Both the position numbers and the translations under genes were made by a program. Shown here in pieces: positions 60,876 through 64,000 of a stretch of DNA of 64,000 nucleotides; position 1 is the stretch's first letter; each line of letters opens with the position of its first letter. This DNA comes from Octopus vulgaris (taxonomy: Eukaryota). Under the pieces are notes generated by a model, which was not told the DNA's origin, ran no database searches, and saw only the letters and a list, made by a program, of their open reading frames with translations. Location of the stretch: the NCBI GenBank assembly GCA_951406725.2, contig OX597826.1, positions 27,032,001-27,096,000 of the forward strand, read 5' to 3'.

Positions 60876-61412
60876 TCTTTTATTTTTTCTCTTTTACTTG
60901 TTTCAGTCATTTGACTGCGACCATGCTGGAGCGCCACCTTTAATCGAGCAACTCGACCCTGGGACTTATTCTTTTGTAAGCCCAGTACTTATTCTATCGG
61001 TCTCTTTTGCCGAACCGCTAAGTAACGGGGATATAAACACACCAGCATCGGTTGTCAAGCAATGCTAGGGGATCAAACACAGACACACAAACACACACAC
61101 GCATATATATACATATATACGACGGGCTTCTTTCAGTTTCTGTCTACCAAATCCACTCATGTGGTTGGTAAACAAGCTACTTACCACACAGCCACTCCTG
61201 CGATGCTTGTGCGTCTGTGTTTGTTCTCCTAACATCGCTTGACAACCGATATTGGTGTGTTAAGACCCCGTAAATTAGTAGTTCAGCAAACGCGACCGAT
61301 AGAATAAATACAAGGCTTACAAAGAATAAGTCCTGGGATCGATTTGTTCGACTACAGACGGTACTCCAGTATGGCCGCAGTCAAACAACTGAAGCAAATT
61401 AAAGAATAAAAG
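60621..61412. mobile_element. SINE family A cluster: + 60621-60785, - 60880-61202, + 3' half 61205-61412
   Basis: Matches to the family A head and tail in alternating orientation. Confidence 0.85.
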
Positions 61413-61665
61413 AAAATGCGTTTATGAACTTAATCACACACGGAAGAAGAAAATGAATGAAAAAGAGGTTAAATATAGAAACTAAACAAAAATAATTCAT
61501 GCATATGCAAACATACGTATATATACATGTATACATTTATATGTCAGTATATATATATATATATATTTATATTATATTGAGGGTACTACTATTCGTAGAT
61601 ACCAACACGCTAAGAGGGACCAATGCGGTCAAAACTACTAAAAATAAACAAAATTTTACCATATA

Positions 61666-61874
<209 letters not shown>

Positions 61875-61887
61875 ATTGTTATTATTG

Positions 61888-61966
61888 AGGTGTCGAGCTG
61901 GGAGAATCGTTAGCACACCGGGCGAAATACTTAACGCCATTTCATCCGTCTTTACATTATGAGTTC
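61888..61966 (+). mobile_element. SINE family B head
   Basis: GGTGTCGAGCTGGGAGAATCGTTAGCACACCGGGCGAAATACTT...GAGTTCA. Confidence 0.7.
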
Positions 61967-62023
61967 ATGTACATACATATGTACATACTTAAAGTAATTA
62001 ATGTAAAGAAATGCTTATTTTGA

Positions 62024-62067
<44 letters not shown>

Positions 62068-62123
62068 AGATATGTATATATATGTATATATATATGTTTA
62101 TATATATATGTATATACATATAT

Positions 62124-62190
<67 letters not shown>

Positions 62191-62326
62191 TCGTCTTATC
62201 AATAAGTATTCGAATAAGTAACGAAATAAGTGCACACAGAGTGAAGCCTCTTGCCACAGATTTACGTTAATGTCTACTCTCTCTGCATGAGCACTGAGTT
62301 TTAACGTTTTAGCTCACTTCCGCTGT

Positions 62327-62730
62327 TTAGGGCTGGACTTGAAAGGAAGGTGTGTAACGTGTGATCGTCGCACGCACATCTGCGACGCTTTTCTCAGTCC
62401 TGTTGTTTACGGGTCTCTCAGAACTTCCTTCAACATCGACATTTTCCCAGCCATCTTGGAAACGTTTAAACCACATGTACACTTGTAAGCGGCTCATACA
62501 CTCCTCTCCATACACTTTTTGGAACTTTGCGTAGGCCTCTGAGCAGGTATCGCTTTCTCTGTCATGGTTAATGCGACAATCACACGCTACACACGTTACT
62601 TCCAAAGAGCGAAAGTAAGCTAGAACGTTACAACTGAGTGCGCATGCACAGCAGAGTTCAATGTTTAATATTTGCCTACCGGCTTCACTCAACCTGCTTT
62701 AGCATCGTTACTATGGCAATAGTCCATATA
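62327..62730 (-). mobile_element. Mariner transposase 5' fragment (N-terminal HTH)
   Basis: SEAYAKFQKVYGEECMSRLQVYMWFKRFQDGWENVDVEGSSERP. End CGTTACTATGGCAATAG resembles the sub-terminal sequence of the 51176 element. Confidence 0.8.
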
Positions 62731-62745
62731 CATATATATATATAA

Positions 62746-62789
<44 letters not shown>

Positions 62790-63864
62790 AAGAAAGAGAT
62801 CTTAGCTATTTGAGTGAGTGAACAAATGTTAGCAGATATAAAGGAAAAAAGAATGTGTGAATGAAATAAAAAGAATAAAGTAAGAAAGAGAAAGATGTAA
62901 CTTTTAGCTATATCGGTGATTGAATTACGGGAAACAAAATCGATTTTACAAAACTATTGGTCCTAAATCTTTTTCAGTGGTCACCGTGGTCAACGTACTC
63001 TAAACCAAATAAATATTAAATTTATTTTAAAATTGAACGAATTGCTGTTACCTGTTCGTTGGTATAAATTAGTGCGGGTTTTCAGAAGTTCCGGATATTA
63101 GGACTCCGGAAAATCGATGTTGTATCTGGAATTGTATAGATATAAAAGAACGTAGAAAACTAAGCTACTCATTTGATAGAAATAAAGAAAGAATGACGAA
63201 GAAAGAAGCAAAGAATGAAGAGAATAGTAATTTAATGAATGAAATAAGCAATTTTATAAAGATTAAAATATAAAAAATATAGGGTAATTGTGTGAAAATA
63301 ACAAATAAAGAAATACGTAAACCAAGAAAGAAAGAGTTTACAGAAAATAAGACCGAAGGAAAGAAAGAAAACAAAGGAAAAAGAAAGAAAACGGGAGTAT
63401 TTAAGTGAATGAAATGTAGAGAGAAAAATGTTAAAAACAATGAAGGATATAAAATAAATTTATAAATATATAAAAGTTGGCAATTTAAAAGCAGTGAATA
63501 AATATATAAACAATCTTATATAAAAAATAACGAATGAAAAAGAAAGAGAGAAAAAAATAAAGAAAAATGCGGGAAAAGGAATGAAAGGAGAATAAGATCG
63601 GTGAACATGAAATGAGAGATGAATGATGGAGTAAAACAAAACAATGTTGAAAGAAGGGAAGAAAATTAGCATAAATATTATTTACATAAAACAATAAGAA
63701 TGACAACAATAACGTAAGATTATACACATATATATATATATATGTATGTGTATGGTTGTGTGTATGTGTATATATGCATATATATGTGTATATATACATG
63801 CTTATATATATGTATGTATATGTATATATATATATATTTACATATATATATATGTATATATATG

Positions 63865-63931
<67 letters not shown>

Positions 63932-64000
63932 GCACAGACGTATACACACGCAAACATATATGTGTATGACTATGTGTGCGTGTTACACAAACACAGAATC

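Overview
A 64-kb, AT-rich eukaryotic non-coding (intergenic or intronic) window. It is dominated by microsatellites ((TA)n, (CA)n, (GATA)n, (TAA)n) and decayed mobile elements. The SINE and microsatellite make-up looks like an octopus (coleoid cephalopod) genome; this is inference from the repeat types only. No intact host gene is supportable, and nearly all listed ORFs are microsatellite translations. Real coding remnants are two copies of a CR1/L2-group LINE, a Tx1/L1-clade LINE, an R4/Dong-type RLE-LINE 3' end, a DD37D (maT) transposon and mariner fragments. There are also several tRNA-derived SINE families and an internally deleted 5S rRNA pseudogene. Main discovery: at least seven unrelated short elements (nine loci, counting one rejected fit), mostly fold-backs sitting in (TA)n/(TAA)n, each carry a type-I hammerhead ribozyme fold. 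Their core 3:8 pair covaries (C-G, U-A, G-C), one family has an A6U variant, and most have a self-complementary helix III suited to dimeric cleavage. They are probably a diverse set of Penelope-like pLTR relics. Second: all four Tx1-type insertions sit inside (GATA)n, suggesting a microsatellite-targeting retrotransposon. Third: a SINE and the CR1-like LINE share a 3' end with a covarying hairpin.
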